DNA of 64,000 nucleotides from a virus. The stretch spans positions 46,138 through 110,137 of IMG/VR virus record IMGVR_UViG_3300020183_000020; one strand, given 5' to 3'. The notes beneath the pieces are model-generated. The model had not been told where the DNA came from, made no database searches, and saw nothing but the letters and a program-made list of their open reading frames with translations. The translations under genes and the position numbers were made by a program. This document shows positions 47,889 through 57,075 of this stretch, piece after piece. Each line of letters opens with the position of its first letter. Within the stretch, counting starts at the first letter, position 1.

Positions 47889-48185
47889 ATGGACATAACA
47901 CCTAAAAACAAGGGCTGTAGAATCCCCAATAAGTGTACAGGTTGTGGCAAGACCTTGCCCGATTCTAAGCTAGGATGGGGATTGGTTTGGGGTGACGGCT
48001 CAGGCTTTTGTGCTAAGTGTCTGTACCATATTCGTAAGGCTATTGGATACTTTGAGAGAACCAATAGAACTCTTGCACCGAAGAAACGCCTCTCGCTAAA
48101 AGAACAACGAGAACAGGCGACACAACGAGAACAGGCGGCACAAAAGGAAACTAACCATGTCGATACAAATGATCAAAATGAATAA
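47889..48185 (+). CDS. Small Cys4 zinc-finger protein
   Basis: CTGC...CAKC; short QREQA repeat. Confidence 0.55.
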   Translation: MDITPKNKGCRIPNKCTGCGKTLPDSKLGWGLVWGDGSGFCAKCLYHIRKAIGYFERTNRTLAPKKRLSLKEQREQATQREQAAQKETNHVDTNDQNE

Positions 48186-48453
48186 TCCCATATATGCCGT
48201 AGTATCCAATATGTTCAAATCCCCTTTGGGAACCTTCCCAAGTGACAGACTATCCGTTTTGGGGTTTACCCTTGGATATTTCCCAAGGGGAGTTTCATTG
48301 AGCAGGGAGGGATTGACCACTCGTCTTGAAGTATCCGAAAAGGATAACACCTTGTATGTGGGCTCTGATGGGAGGACATACAAGGTGTTAGAAGAAGCGA
48401 TTGTGGGGCTATTTGAACCCCATCTGAAACATGAGATTAATAAGAGGCTTTAA
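48157..48453 (+). CDS. Hypothetical protein
   Basis: 98-aa ORF, start uncertain. Confidence 0.5.
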   Translation: MSIQMIKMNNPIYAVVSNMFKSPLGTFPSDRLSVLGFTLGYFPRGVSLSREGLTTRLEVSEKDNTLYVGSDGRTYKVLEEAIVGLFEPHLKHEINKRL

Positions 48454-48812
48454 TCTTCCTCCGCCAAATCATCAACGCCGATATCCTTCTTCTTTTCCTC
48501 GATGGGGGTCTTAGAGGGTGCAGGTAAGAGCTTTATATCAAGCGTAGCACCAAACAACTGCCTCTTCGACAATGAACGAATCGTCTCGGAGTCCCACTCC
48601 TCCACATTGTAATACTCCGTATCCTCAAAGTCGAACATATCCGTTTTGGTGAGCGGGAGCTTCAGAGCCTCAACCTTTGAGGGGGCAAACTCCGTGCGGA
48701 GGATTTTGTACTCGCCTTCATCATCAGACTTGGCTGACAAGACAATCCCAAATGAAAACTGATCCTTGTTGGCAGTATTTAAGAAAAATGACAATCCGCG
48801 TCTCGGCTTCAT
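48450..48812 (-). CDS. Hypothetical protein
   Basis: 120 aa, GAGG RBS. Confidence 0.65.
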   Translation of the reverse strand: MKPRRGLSFFLNTANKDQFSFGIVLSAKSDDEGEYKILRTEFAPSKVEALKLPLTKTDMFDFEDTEYYNVEEWDSETIRSLSKRQLFGATLDIKLLPAPSKTPIEEKKKDIGVDDLAEED

Positions 48813-48902
48813 AAAACCTCTTTAAGGGGTGAGGGTCACACTTTTATTTATAGATTTCGCGGCGATGAACCGCCTCGTTCTACGAAAAAACCTGCCATAT
48901 CC

Positions 48903-49202
48903 TTAACGGATATCAGCACAAAGACGAGCTAACAAGATACCTAAAGACTCCCCAACAAGCGGCTCGCCTCCATCCACAGACACCGACCACTCACCTTCTA
49001 TCCGTTTTAGTTCCACTCGGGAGCCTCCCAACAGATAAAGTAGACAACCAATGGTGGCAGGGTCTTCTAAGCAATAACCTTCGGGTCTCCACTTTTGTGC
49101 GTCTATCTTTTCATTAGAAGCCCTCCAAGTTCCATCAAAGTTAAGCTGATGTAGCCTCCATCCATTTCTGTCTTTCATCCCTGCCAAGTGTTTCATCACC
49201 AC
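48903..49202 (-). CDS. Hypothetical phage protein
   Basis: Contains 'LEDPATIGCLL'; GAGG RBS. Confidence 0.65.
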   Translation of the reverse strand: MVMKHLAGMKDRNGWRLHQLNFDGTWRASNEKIDAQKWRPEGYCLEDPATIGCLLYLLGGSRVELKRIEGEWSVSVDGGEPLVGESLGILLARLCADIR

Positions 49203-49269
49203 CTCTTAATGTGTGGGGTTGGGTCGATGCCGATTATACGAAGTTTAATAGACTATATATCGAAGTACG

Positions 49270-49301
49270 CAAGAACCATAAGAATCAAGAACCATAAGAA
49301 T
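49270..49301 (+). repeat. Perfect 16-bp tandem repeat CAAGAACCATAAGAAT x2 in the 5' UTR
   Basis: Read directly. Confidence 0.85.
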
Positions 49302-49317
49302 TATGGAGTCATAGTCT

Positions 49318-50976
49318 ATGCTAGACGACAAGAAGATACTAGACATGAAGCGTGAGTGGCTCACTTACAGCAAGAATGTCCCTGATCGCTTAACGCCTCA
49401 AAATAGGTTAGAACTATCCAAATATCTGCACAGATACGCAAAAAACTTGGATATGGGATTACGAGCTTTCCGATACGATTTAGAGGTGGAATCGTATCGG
49501 ACAGAAAACAAACCCATCAAGCATGAGATAGAGTATGTGATAGAGAAGACTGCGACTGCGTGGTGGGGCTTCTTTTTAGCCATAAACGAGATGGCGGAAA
49601 CTCTCAGAAAGAGTTCGGATACAGCGGACTCTCCCGAAAAGATTGAGCAGGACAAGGCTGAACTTAAAAGCAAGTATCCAAATACGGATTGGGATGATTA
49701 CTTTGAAAGAAATCCTCGTAAAACCCAAGCCGAGCTAGACCGCATCAAGTTCGAGCAGATACTCCCCACACTCAAAACGGATAAAGCCCGTGCTGAGAGG
49801 AAGTGGCGTGACTTTTGGAATGTGCTTAAGGACTTATCCGATTTCTTGTCGAGGCACGATTTTACAGATGTGGGTGTTGAGACTTCGTTTTCAGAGGAGA
49901 GACAGACGGTGCAGGGTGTTCCTGTAGGTTTTGTGGGCGGTTTGTCTTTTGAGGATAAGAAGCTGATCGTGAATGAGCATATCCCGTTCTATGTGGGGAG
50001 GGTAAAGGAATACTTCCCTCGGTTGCTCAACTACCAACTCCCTTTTGTGTTTCACGGGTCGGAAACATCTGATTGCGGTACTGCTGCCGCGTGTTATAAG
50101 GGTAAACGGATAGAAATAACAGCTTCTGGGTTCAGATTCAACAGAACTAACAAGGAAGCGATGTGTCATATTTTAGCACATGAGATGGGACATCACTATT
50201 TTGATATCTTGTCGGGTTCTGCTAAAGACTTTTGGACGAGTGCGATTAAGGGTGACTTTGGAGATTTAGACCTAGAAGAAGTTGGCAAGATTACGGATAA
50301 GATCAATCGTGAGAGTGATCTTAAAGAAGCATATCCAATCCTGTATCTACAGGATTATGCTCTTTTTCATAAACGACATAAAGATTATTACTCGCTTGAA
50401 AGTGCCGTTAAAGCATATCGAGATGGCAAGATTGGGAGGTTCATTAAGGTTCCTATGAACCCCATCACGGGATACGCGGTTAAGAACCCCGAGGAAGCCT
50501 TTTGTGAGGCGTTTGGAATGCTTGTAGCTTATGGAGCAAACGCAGTATTGGGTAAGATAAAATATCTACTCTCGGTTGTCTTATCGGGACACCTTAAGAT
50601 TTCTTCAAGAACTAAACGGGCATCGGATAAGGCATACAGGAGTTTATGGTTATCCAAAATAGACTCCCTACCACATTCAGGCGATGATCCTTTGCTTATC
50701 CAATATCGAGATCAACTTGAAGCTGGATACAGGCTTAGGGGAGAAGCGGAGAGGGTCATAGAAGAACGCTTGGCAATTAGATCGAAACCAAGCGTATTAT
50801 CTCAGCCTTTGCCTGTTGATGAACTAAGGACATTATGGCTAATAGCCAAGAGGAAGAAAGATATCGAATCTATGGAACGGATAAAAGCGTTAGGTCTTGA
50901 CGCACGAGATGGAAAGCGACCTAGCCTTTTAGATGTGGTGGATTTTAAAAGGCTTCAGAAGCTACTCAACTCTTAA
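49318..50976 (+). CDS. Late protein with zincin metallopeptidase domain
   Basis: 'ILAHEMGHHY' HExxH and downstream 'TGYAVKNPEEAFCEAF'; TAGACTATATAT motif at 49249-49260. Confidence 0.7.
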   Translation: MLDDKKILDMKREWLTYSKNVPDRLTPQNRLELSKYLHRYAKNLDMGLRAFRYDLEVESYRTENKPIKHEIEYVIEKTATAWWGFFLAINEMAETLRKSSDTADSPEKIEQDKAELKSKYPNTDWDDYFERNPRKTQAELDRIKFEQILPTLKTDKARAERKWRDFWNVLKDLSDFLSRHDFTDVGVETSFSEERQTVQGVPVGFVGGLSFEDKKLIVNEHIPFYVGRVKEYFPRLLNYQLPFVFHGSETSDCGTAAACYKGKRIEITASGFRFNRTNKEAMCHILAHEMGHHYFDILSGSAKDFWTSAIKGDFGDLDLEEVGKITDKINRESDLKEAYPILYLQDYALFHKRHKDYYSLESAVKAYRDGKIGRFIKVPMNPITGYAVKNPEEAFCEAFGMLVAYGANAVLGKIKYLLSVVLSGHLKISSRTKRASDKAYRSLWLSKIDSLPHSGDDPLLIQYRDQLEAGYRLRGEAERVIEERLAIRSKPSVLSQPLPVDELRTLWLIAKRKKDIESMERIKALGLDARDGKRPSLLDVVDFKRLQKLLNS

Positions 50977-51517
50977 GTGTTTCTCTTATCCAATTCATAT
51001 AGGTATCAAGGCTTAGGGTAAAGTTTTTATACAGGGAGGGAGCCAAGTTATCGCTAAACCATGTGGTTTTGTAGTACGCAGATGTGGCGGGCTTAGAGAA
51101 CAGGATAAGCTGTATACAACCCGTGGTGTCTTTAGGTATCCTGAACCCCGTGAAAGATTTGCCATCCGTGTAGGTGGGGACGAAAACATTATTCATATCG
51201 CTACACCACTCCACCTTTATGGTAAAGTCAGAGGAGTGTTCAGCCGCCATAGTGTAGACTATGGTGGTGCTGCTTTTGTTCTTATGCAAGGATACATCAT
51301 AGAAGCCCATTTCAGTCAACCACACAAGTAGTATCTTGTGGAGCGTATTGGGCGTGATCTGATTATTTTCATCACAAAAGTAATAAAGGTGATCGTAATT
51401 TACATCCATCGCCTTTTTCTTCCCATCTACCTTGATCAGGACAGAGGGTAGAAACATCTCGATGTTAGTGGAGTGTCCCCCTGTACTCATATCGACAAGT
51501 GACATTGAATATATCAT
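50966..51517 (-). CDS. Hypothetical protein
   Basis: 183-aa ORF abutting the upstream gene. Confidence 0.6.
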   Translation of the reverse strand: MIYSMSLVDMSTGGHSTNIEMFLPSVLIKVDGKKKAMDVNYDHLYYFCDENNQITPNTLHKILLVWLTEMGFYDVSLHKNKSSTTIVYTMAAEHSSDFTIKVEWCSDMNNVFVPTYTDGKSFTGFRIPKDTTGCIQLILFSKPATSAYYKTTWFSDNLAPSLYKNFTLSLDTYMNWIRETLKS

Positions 51518-51808
51518 TTAGTTTTCCTTGACCTTGCCCTTGCTGTTAATCGAGAGCGTACACCCCTTATTATCGGTAAAGATGGTCATCCGCCCCTCTT
51601 TTTTCCACACAACTCTTAGAGTATCCGTTCCCACATTGAAGGTGACGGAACCCTCCGTATTCGGGTTGATTGACCATGACATAGGGGCAATCTTAGAGGC
51701 ATCACCAAGTACTAGGGCGGGCTTTGTGGTGATCACCACGACCTCCCCCGCTTTGACGAGGGCGAACCCACCACCCATGATCTTGCCGAATGTTTTGATC
51801 TCGTACAT
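51518..51808 (-). CDS. Hypothetical protein
   Basis: Start MYEIKT at 51808 with AGGAG RBS. Confidence 0.7.
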   Translation of the reverse strand: MYEIKTFGKIMGGGFALVKAGEVVVITTKPALVLGDASKIAPMSWSINPNTEGSVTFNVGTDTLRVVWKKEGRMTIFTDNKGCTLSINSKGKVKEN

Positions 51809-51835
51809 AGTATCTCCTATAGGGTCACACCACAT

Positions 51836-51904
51836 CTAATAAGACAGAATGGGGGTTGGGACACAGAAAAGGATAGTATCCCAACCCGAGCTATCTATTA
51901 TTAA
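51836..51904. promoter_or_regulatory. Back-to-back divergent pair of GT(A/G)TCCCA-N15-TATTAR promoters
   Basis: Minus strand 51836-51864 GTGTCCCA-N15-TATTAG; plus strand 51876-51904 GTATCCCA-N15-TATTAA. Confidence 0.65.
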
Positions 51905-51938
51905 TGGGGTGTACCCCCTCTACGAAGAGAGAAGCATA

Positions 51939-52514
51939 ATGAGCAAGTTGGATATACTCAACATCATCATCAAGCTGTTGGTTTTGGATAATGCTCAGGG
52001 TTTGGATAAACCCGCAGTTAAGGCACACCTCAATGAGGTAGCCTCGGCTATATACGCGGAGGGGGGAGTGAAGGCGGGTGTGCCTCATGAGAGGCTAATC
52101 AGCTTGGCGTATAATGAGAGTAGGTTTGGATACAAGTATGTGGGGACGGGAACCTACCCTAAGACCTCATGGGGGGCGTGTGGTGTGTATCAGCAAGTCC
52201 CCGCCTACTCCACCATCCCCACCACCTGCGACAAGTTGGGGAAAAATATCCGTCACGCCACAAAGGTGGCGGTTGGGTATCTGAAGTACATGAGGGCAAG
52301 GTGGAAGGTATCCAATACGGATAAGATGGATACCTTAATGTGTCACTACTACAGCGGCAACACTTGTGATGTGGAGGCGAAGGGTTATGCCTCACGGCAC
52401 AAGAAGATTAGACTCAAGGCGATCAGTCTTGTGGGCAAGAAGAAGGTTGTTGTGGGGAAGAAGAAGGTTCTTGTAGCCTCACGGAAAAAGGGGCTCCCTC
52501 CTGCAACTATTTAG
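51939..52514 (+). CDS. SLT-like lytic transglycosylase with hydrophobic N-terminus and basic repeat tail
   Basis: 'LISLAYNESRF', 'GACGVYQ', 'NIR.A...L', 'CHY.SG'; start MSKLD at 51939. Confidence 0.65.
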   Translation: MSKLDILNIIIKLLVLDNAQGLDKPAVKAHLNEVASAIYAEGGVKAGVPHERLISLAYNESRFGYKYVGTGTYPKTSWGACGVYQQVPAYSTIPTTCDKLGKNIRHATKVAVGYLKYMRARWKVSNTDKMDTLMCHYYSGNTCDVEAKGYASRHKKIRLKAISLVGKKKVVVGKKKVLVASRKKGLPPATI

Positions 52515-52559
52515 TATAATGCCTCGGGGTCGAAGGTGAAAGCTCTAAACAAAGGATAG

Positions 52560-53168
52560 GTGATGCTAAGTTTTTTGTACTCTACAGTAAACGCGGGAAA
52601 GACAGCTCATTTGATAATGAGAGCACACTCTTGTTCCGAAGCTGGCATTAACCACGAGGTTCTTGTCCCTGAAATAGCATCTAAGAGAGATGGCATATCT
52701 CGTGTTTCCTCTAGGATAGGGATACAGAGAGGAGCATCGTCTCTTAAAGGCGACACTTGTCCTTATGAGTATATTATCTCTTGTAACGAAAGAGCCTTGA
52801 GGGTTTGGGGCAAGCCTAATCCGATTAAGATAGTTTTTGTGGATGAGGCTCAATTCTTAACAAAGGCTCAGGTGGTGGGGCTAACGCGGATAGTGGATGA
52901 GCTAGCTGTTCCTGTTTTCGCCTATGGCTTAAGAACGGACTTCAAGGGAGAGTTATTTGAGGGCAGTTCTTATTTACTTGGTTGGGCGGATAAGGTGGAG
53001 GAGATATCCATATTTGGTAAGTCAGAATATGGGGGATTGGTGGAGCGAGCGACTTTCAACATGAAAGTCGATTTAGAGGGTAAGCAGGTAGTCAAGGGAG
53101 ACTCGATTGATCCAGGGTTTGGATACCTTCCTGTATCCCGCAAGAGGTTTGGTTTAACGAAGTTTTAA
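52560..53168 (+). CDS. tdk: Thymidine kinase
   Basis: 'YSTVNAGKTAHL','SSRIG','FVDEAQFL','YGLRTDFKGELFEGS'. Confidence 0.92.
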   Translation: MMLSFLYSTVNAGKTAHLIMRAHSCSEAGINHEVLVPEIASKRDGISRVSSRIGIQRGASSLKGDTCPYEYIISCNERALRVWGKPNPIKIVFVDEAQFLTKAQVVGLTRIVDELAVPVFAYGLRTDFKGELFEGSSYLLGWADKVEEISIFGKSEYGGLVERATFNMKVDLEGKQVVKGDSIDPGFGYLPVSRKRFGLTKF

Positions 53169-53803
53169 GCGTCTCTACGCTGTAAAAGAGAAGCGACCTG
53201 AGACCTTATCTCTTTGACGCAAAGATTGACCCTCTTCATTTCCCAGCCTAGTTCTTGGGCGATGTGTGCGTGTTTGGTGCCTTCCATCATGGCATCGAAC
53301 ACTTTGAGTAAGTCTCCTTGAAAAGATGACCTTACTTGTTCGATTAAGAAGTCATCTTCTTCGGTGGAGTAATGAGATGCGAGATTTGATGTAGCGGCAT
53401 CATCTTCAGAACCAACACATTCGCGGTCATTGTGTAGTTTCCGCTTCTTGACAATGTTCATGACAACGCAGTTCATGACCATGACGACATAGGTAGAGAA
53501 GGCAGACTTCTTTGGGTCATAGGGACAAGTGCCTTCGTTACGGATAATCAGTCCTTTATAAACCTCTTGGAGGACATCTTCGGGGTCTAATCCGAGACGA
53601 GCGACTTGTTTTGCTTGGCGTTTGTAGAACAAGAGTCGGATGTCGGACGACTTTTTATTGATGTCGATTCCGTGGGGTTTCTTTTTGATTGGGTTGAACT
53701 TCTTTTTGAAGTCAAAGCTGAGTATCGCATAGACCCCCTGATGCCATTTTTTGTTTGGCTGCACTTGGGTATAGTCAACAAGGCACTCCATATAACTCTC
53801 CAT
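53165..53803 (-). CDS. Sigma70/ECF-like RNA polymerase sigma factor
   Basis: 'DPEDVLQEVY','YDPKKSAFSTYV...N' (region 2); 'EGTKHAHIAQELG...V...IR' (region 4 HTH). Confidence 0.8.
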   Translation of the reverse strand: MESYMECLVDYTQVQPNKKWHQGVYAILSFDFKKKFNPIKKKPHGIDINKKSSDIRLLFYKRQAKQVARLGLDPEDVLQEVYKGLIIRNEGTCPYDPKKSAFSTYVVMVMNCVVMNIVKKRKLHNDRECVGSEDDAATSNLASHYSTEEDDFLIEQVRSSFQGDLLKVFDAMMEGTKHAHIAQELGWEMKRVNLCVKEIRSQVASLLQRRDA

Positions 53804-53856
53804 AAAGGTGGGTTCAAAGGAGTACCCGTTATTGCCTAATTAACCTAGGGTGTCAA

Positions 53857-54867
53857 ATGAAACTTGCAAAGCAAATACTACTGCTGGCGTGGGTCAAAGA
53901 GAAGACACAGATCAACCCTAAACGCCTATCGGATAACCTGACAAGAGATCAGCTTTCCGAGTTGTTGGGGTTATTGGATAAGCTAAAGAGCTTAGGGGGA
54001 GTGTTCACGCCGCAGGAAGTGATAGAGGAGTATCTCGAAGATAATGGTGTGGATTTATCAGCCCCGAAAAAGTGTTCATCAGGGCAAAAGATAGATATGG
54101 TTCTTTTAACTGCAACACATCCAAAATTGGATAATGGGTGTGTGAGCGTTTTTTTAAGCCATTTATTATTGGCACACGGCTTCAAGAACACCCGTTCAAA
54201 CAGGAGACTTCTGACTAAACACTTTAAGGAGTTGGGTTATCAGCTATCCAAAAAGGAGCTGATAACTAGTCCACATAGAGAGTTATCAGAGGTAGTGCAA
54301 CTAAAGGAGGCATATGAACCGAAGTTCCCCTCAGGTCTAGATGTGAGTGAAGCGGAGCCGAAGAAGCGTAATGCTCACATAGTGGATTGGCTTTATGAAG
54401 GTCATGAAGTGCAGGTAGGGGGAGAAGCATACACAAGAAAAAATGTGAACGCTCGTTGGGAAGCCTTTATGGTGAGACGGATGCACGAGTTGTATGAGTC
54501 AAGCGAGCTACCTTATCTATATAAGCACCGAGTACAACGCGGGGTCTTTGATGATGTCGCTGAAGTACGCATGATCTTCCAACTAGCTATCCGAGATGTG
54601 TTTAAGCCGATGAACATAATAGATTGGGTCACTCTCTCAGTCGGGTATGAACTGCCTTTGTTTGATTCGGCGGATAGCCAACATAAAGAAGTCTTGGTGT
54701 CCACCTGTACCGACAGCGTATTGGGGATTTTGAACAAGACACTTGTAGACGGAAAACCGCTAGCTATTGACCCCAAAATGGTAAGTGGTTGGTTAAGTCT
54801 GTTGGTTATTTCGTATGTCGAGGATGCTCTAAGCCAATTCAAAGGAATGAGATGTCATACCTCCTGA
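53857..54867 (+). CDS. Hypothetical protein
   Basis: 336-aa ORF. Confidence 0.7.
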   Translation: MKLAKQILLLAWVKEKTQINPKRLSDNLTRDQLSELLGLLDKLKSLGGVFTPQEVIEEYLEDNGVDLSAPKKCSSGQKIDMVLLTATHPKLDNGCVSVFLSHLLLAHGFKNTRSNRRLLTKHFKELGYQLSKKELITSPHRELSEVVQLKEAYEPKFPSGLDVSEAEPKKRNAHIVDWLYEGHEVQVGGEAYTRKNVNARWEAFMVRRMHELYESSELPYLYKHRVQRGVFDDVAEVRMIFQLAIRDVFKPMNIIDWVTLSVGYELPLFDSADSQHKEVLVSTCTDSVLGILNKTLVDGKPLAIDPKMVSGWLSLLVISYVEDALSQFKGMRCHTS

Positions 54868-55598
54868 TTTTAAGTCTTTCTTTCCAATGTTTATTGGACG
54901 GACTGCAACAAGCCTCCCGAGTTAATATCCTGCCGAAGTGGAAGTTTGTTTATTCTCGCCCCGCCGAGTATGGAGACCAACTCAGATTTCTTCAACACGC
55001 TTGGGAGGATGCAGAAACCGATCCAAGAATACTAGCACTCGCTTGGATGGAAAGTCGGATAAGACCAACTATCCATAAAGGAGATAATGGTAAAGCCTGT
55101 GGGGTGTTTCAAATTCATGCTAGGTATTCGTATCCCGCTTTCACAAGGGGACATTGGAATAATTGGAACCCTGAGGAACACAAAGAAGCTATCCAAAAAG
55201 AGTGCGTCAAACTAAAACACCCTAAATACGCAGTCCAAGTCATGAGGAAGTTCCTCCACCTTTTTGACGAAGAAGATTTACACTCCTGCCACCACCAAAG
55301 CGGTATCCGTGGCTCTTGTAATGATTGGTATAAACAACGCCTTGATTATTGGATAACATTTTTCCAATATAAACTCGTAACCTGTTCTAATGGAGATATG
55401 TCGATGGCTATGATGCGTACAGGAACCCCTACTTCCGCTACACCTATTGAGATGGTTCAGGGATATCTTGATGGGATGCAGGGCAAGTCACCTTCTTCTC
55501 AGTCCGATGTCTATAAGACAGGATACGAACTCGCCCTTAAAGTTAAACGCGGGGAAACCGAAGCTCCAGCTTGGGCTATCACCCACCAAAATGGATAA
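54852..55598 (+). CDS. SLT-like lytic transglycosylase with signal-like N-terminus
   Basis: 'ILALAWMESRI','GDNGKACGVFQI'; start MSYLLILS at 54852 with AAGGA RBS. Confidence 0.6.
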   Translation: MSYLLILSLSFQCLLDGLQQASRVNILPKWKFVYSRPAEYGDQLRFLQHAWEDAETDPRILALAWMESRIRPTIHKGDNGKACGVFQIHARYSYPAFTRGHWNNWNPEEHKEAIQKECVKLKHPKYAVQVMRKFLHLFDEEDLHSCHHQSGIRGSCNDWYKQRLDYWITFFQYKLVTCSNGDMSMAMMRTGTPTSATPIEMVQGYLDGMQGKSPSSQSDVYKTGYELALKVKRGETEAPAWAITHQNG

Positions 55599-55604
55599 CG
55601 CTAC

Positions 55605-56276
55605 ATGGACGATGGATGGCTTAAACAAGGTTTTGCAAGCCCCCTAGAGACATATCGACCATACCTCCTCTCTAGAGGTGTCAATAGCCAATCCACTATC
55701 CATTTCCACTCTTGGAACCCCCATTCAAATGTCCAAGACCCCCGTTTTAAATCTATGTTTGGACAACAAGGGGAACGCATAAAAGAACACCTGATTATTC
55801 CGATCTCCTCCCCTAGAGGTCAAATCATCGGACTTGAAGCCCGCTCTCTTTCTGAAGATGGACAAAAGAAAGTCCTTCAGTATCGTACACCACACTCTCA
55901 ATGGAACCCTTACCTACTCGGCTCTCAAAATGCTTTTAAAGCCCTTTGGGAAGGACACGACCTTTGGATAGTCGAAGGTGTGTTTGATCTGATCGCAGTT
56001 GAAAAATGCCTCTCTAATGGAGATGCCGTTTGTTCAACCCTCCGTGCAGGTATGGACGCAAATACTCTCGCATCCATCTCTCAGTTTTATACTCCCATGT
56101 CCACCATCTATATCTGTTACGACAATGACGAAACAGGAAGAAAGAAATCTCTTTGGCTTCATAAGGAGATGTCCCGCCTCGGAATCCGTTGTGTAGAATG
56201 GAAGTACAGAGGAAAAGACCCCGGAGAAGTTTGGAAAGCTGGCGGTCTTCAGGGTCTAAAGAAAATGTTTTATTAA
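55605..56276 (+). CDS. DnaG-type primase catalytic (TOPRIM) core lacking the Zn-binding domain
   Basis: 'YLLSRG','LIIPI....GQIIG..AR','IVEGVFD','ICYDNDETG','KDPGE'. Confidence 0.85.
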   Translation: MDDGWLKQGFASPLETYRPYLLSRGVNSQSTIHFHSWNPHSNVQDPRFKSMFGQQGERIKEHLIIPISSPRGQIIGLEARSLSEDGQKKVLQYRTPHSQWNPYLLGSQNAFKALWEGHDLWIVEGVFDLIAVEKCLSNGDAVCSTLRAGMDANTLASISQFYTPMSTIYICYDNDETGRKKSLWLHKEMSRLGIRCVEWKYRGKDPGEVWKAGGLQGLKKMFY

Positions 56277-56325
56277 TAGATCATCTATCATATGCACCTA
56301 ATCAAGACACCTAACTAGGAGCATA
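56277..56325 (+). promoter_or_regulatory. Late promoter motif plus RBS-occluding stem
   Basis: TAGATCATCTAT (56277-56288); TATGC-A-CCTA / TAGG-A-GCATA. Confidence 0.55.
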
Positions 56326-56329
56326 AACC

Positions 56330-56755
56330 ATGAGAAGAACCGCTAGTGAAATCTTAAGTGACCTTGAAACCCGCATCGCACGCTTAGAGCGTCACGCTTC
56401 CAAGTCCCGTTTCGCTGACGATATGTGGGCGGATGACCTTGAGGCGGATGATATGTTCGCTGATGAGATGTTCGCAGGGCGTACTTGGGACGGCAAGGGG
56501 AATCAGAAAGACTACAACAACCCACCCGCCCCAAAAAATCAAGCAGATTGTTACTCCGCAGACAATTGGGAAGGACTCGGTAAGCCCGGTCAGGGCGAAA
56601 CCTGTTATCGTCTCCACAACAACTACGGCGAAGCCAACTCAGGTAAGCCGGGTTCAGCCGCTAGAAAAGAGTACAACAGGAGATACCGTGAGGAGTGGAT
56701 GGACTCTGCCTCCATCAAGAGACCTGAGGGTAAGAGACCAGGCGGTCGTAGATAG
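56330..56755 (+). CDS. RRTASE-leader family protein 2 with acidic pentapeptide repeats
   Basis: MRRTASEILSDLETRIARLERHAS; DDMWA-DDLEA-DDMFA-DEMFA. Confidence 0.75.
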   Translation: MRRTASEILSDLETRIARLERHASKSRFADDMWADDLEADDMFADEMFAGRTWDGKGNQKDYNNPPAPKNQADCYSADNWEGLGKPGQGETCYRLHNNYGEANSGKPGSAARKEYNRRYREEWMDSASIKRPEGKRPGGRR

Positions 56756-56756
56756 A

Positions 56757-56785
56757 GTATCCCAAGGGGGTTTCTCCGTTATTAG
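56757..56785 (+). promoter_or_regulatory. Putative early/middle promoter GTATCCCA-N15-TATTAG
   Basis: Near-identical to 2800-2828, including spacer and downstream TTAGG. Confidence 0.65.
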
Positions 56786-56827
56786 TTAGGTGTGAGAGAT
56801 ACACACCAACCCCCTCAGGAGATGATC

Positions 56828-57055
56828 ATGCCCAAGCTCTTCATGACCCGCCACAAGCTCCACGGCACCCTCGACCTCACCGTCCACACCGCTCACCACA
56901 TCAAGCTCCTCAGCATCCTCCCCCACGCCAAAGTCCTCGTCAAGACCCCGACCACCACGATGCTTACCTTGAAGTACGACTCCTTCAAGGGGAAGGATGG
57001 GTCGGAGGAGGTGGTGGGGGTGTTGCGTGGATACTACGAGATTGTGGAGGGGTGA
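56828..57055 (+). CDS. Small hypothetical (putative early) protein, extremely GC3-rich
   Basis: AGGAG RBS; nearly all codons end in C or G. Confidence 0.7.
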   Translation: MPKLFMTRHKLHGTLDLTVHTAHHIKLLSILPHAKVLVKTPTTTMLTLKYDSFKGKDGSEEVVGVLRGYYEIVEG

Positions 57056-57075
57056 CCCCCCCTTGGGGATGTTGA

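Noticed and set aside
56330-56755. RiPP precursor with repeated cores
   Set aside because: No modifying enzymes or transporter nearby; the shared leader and late motif fit a virion protein better.
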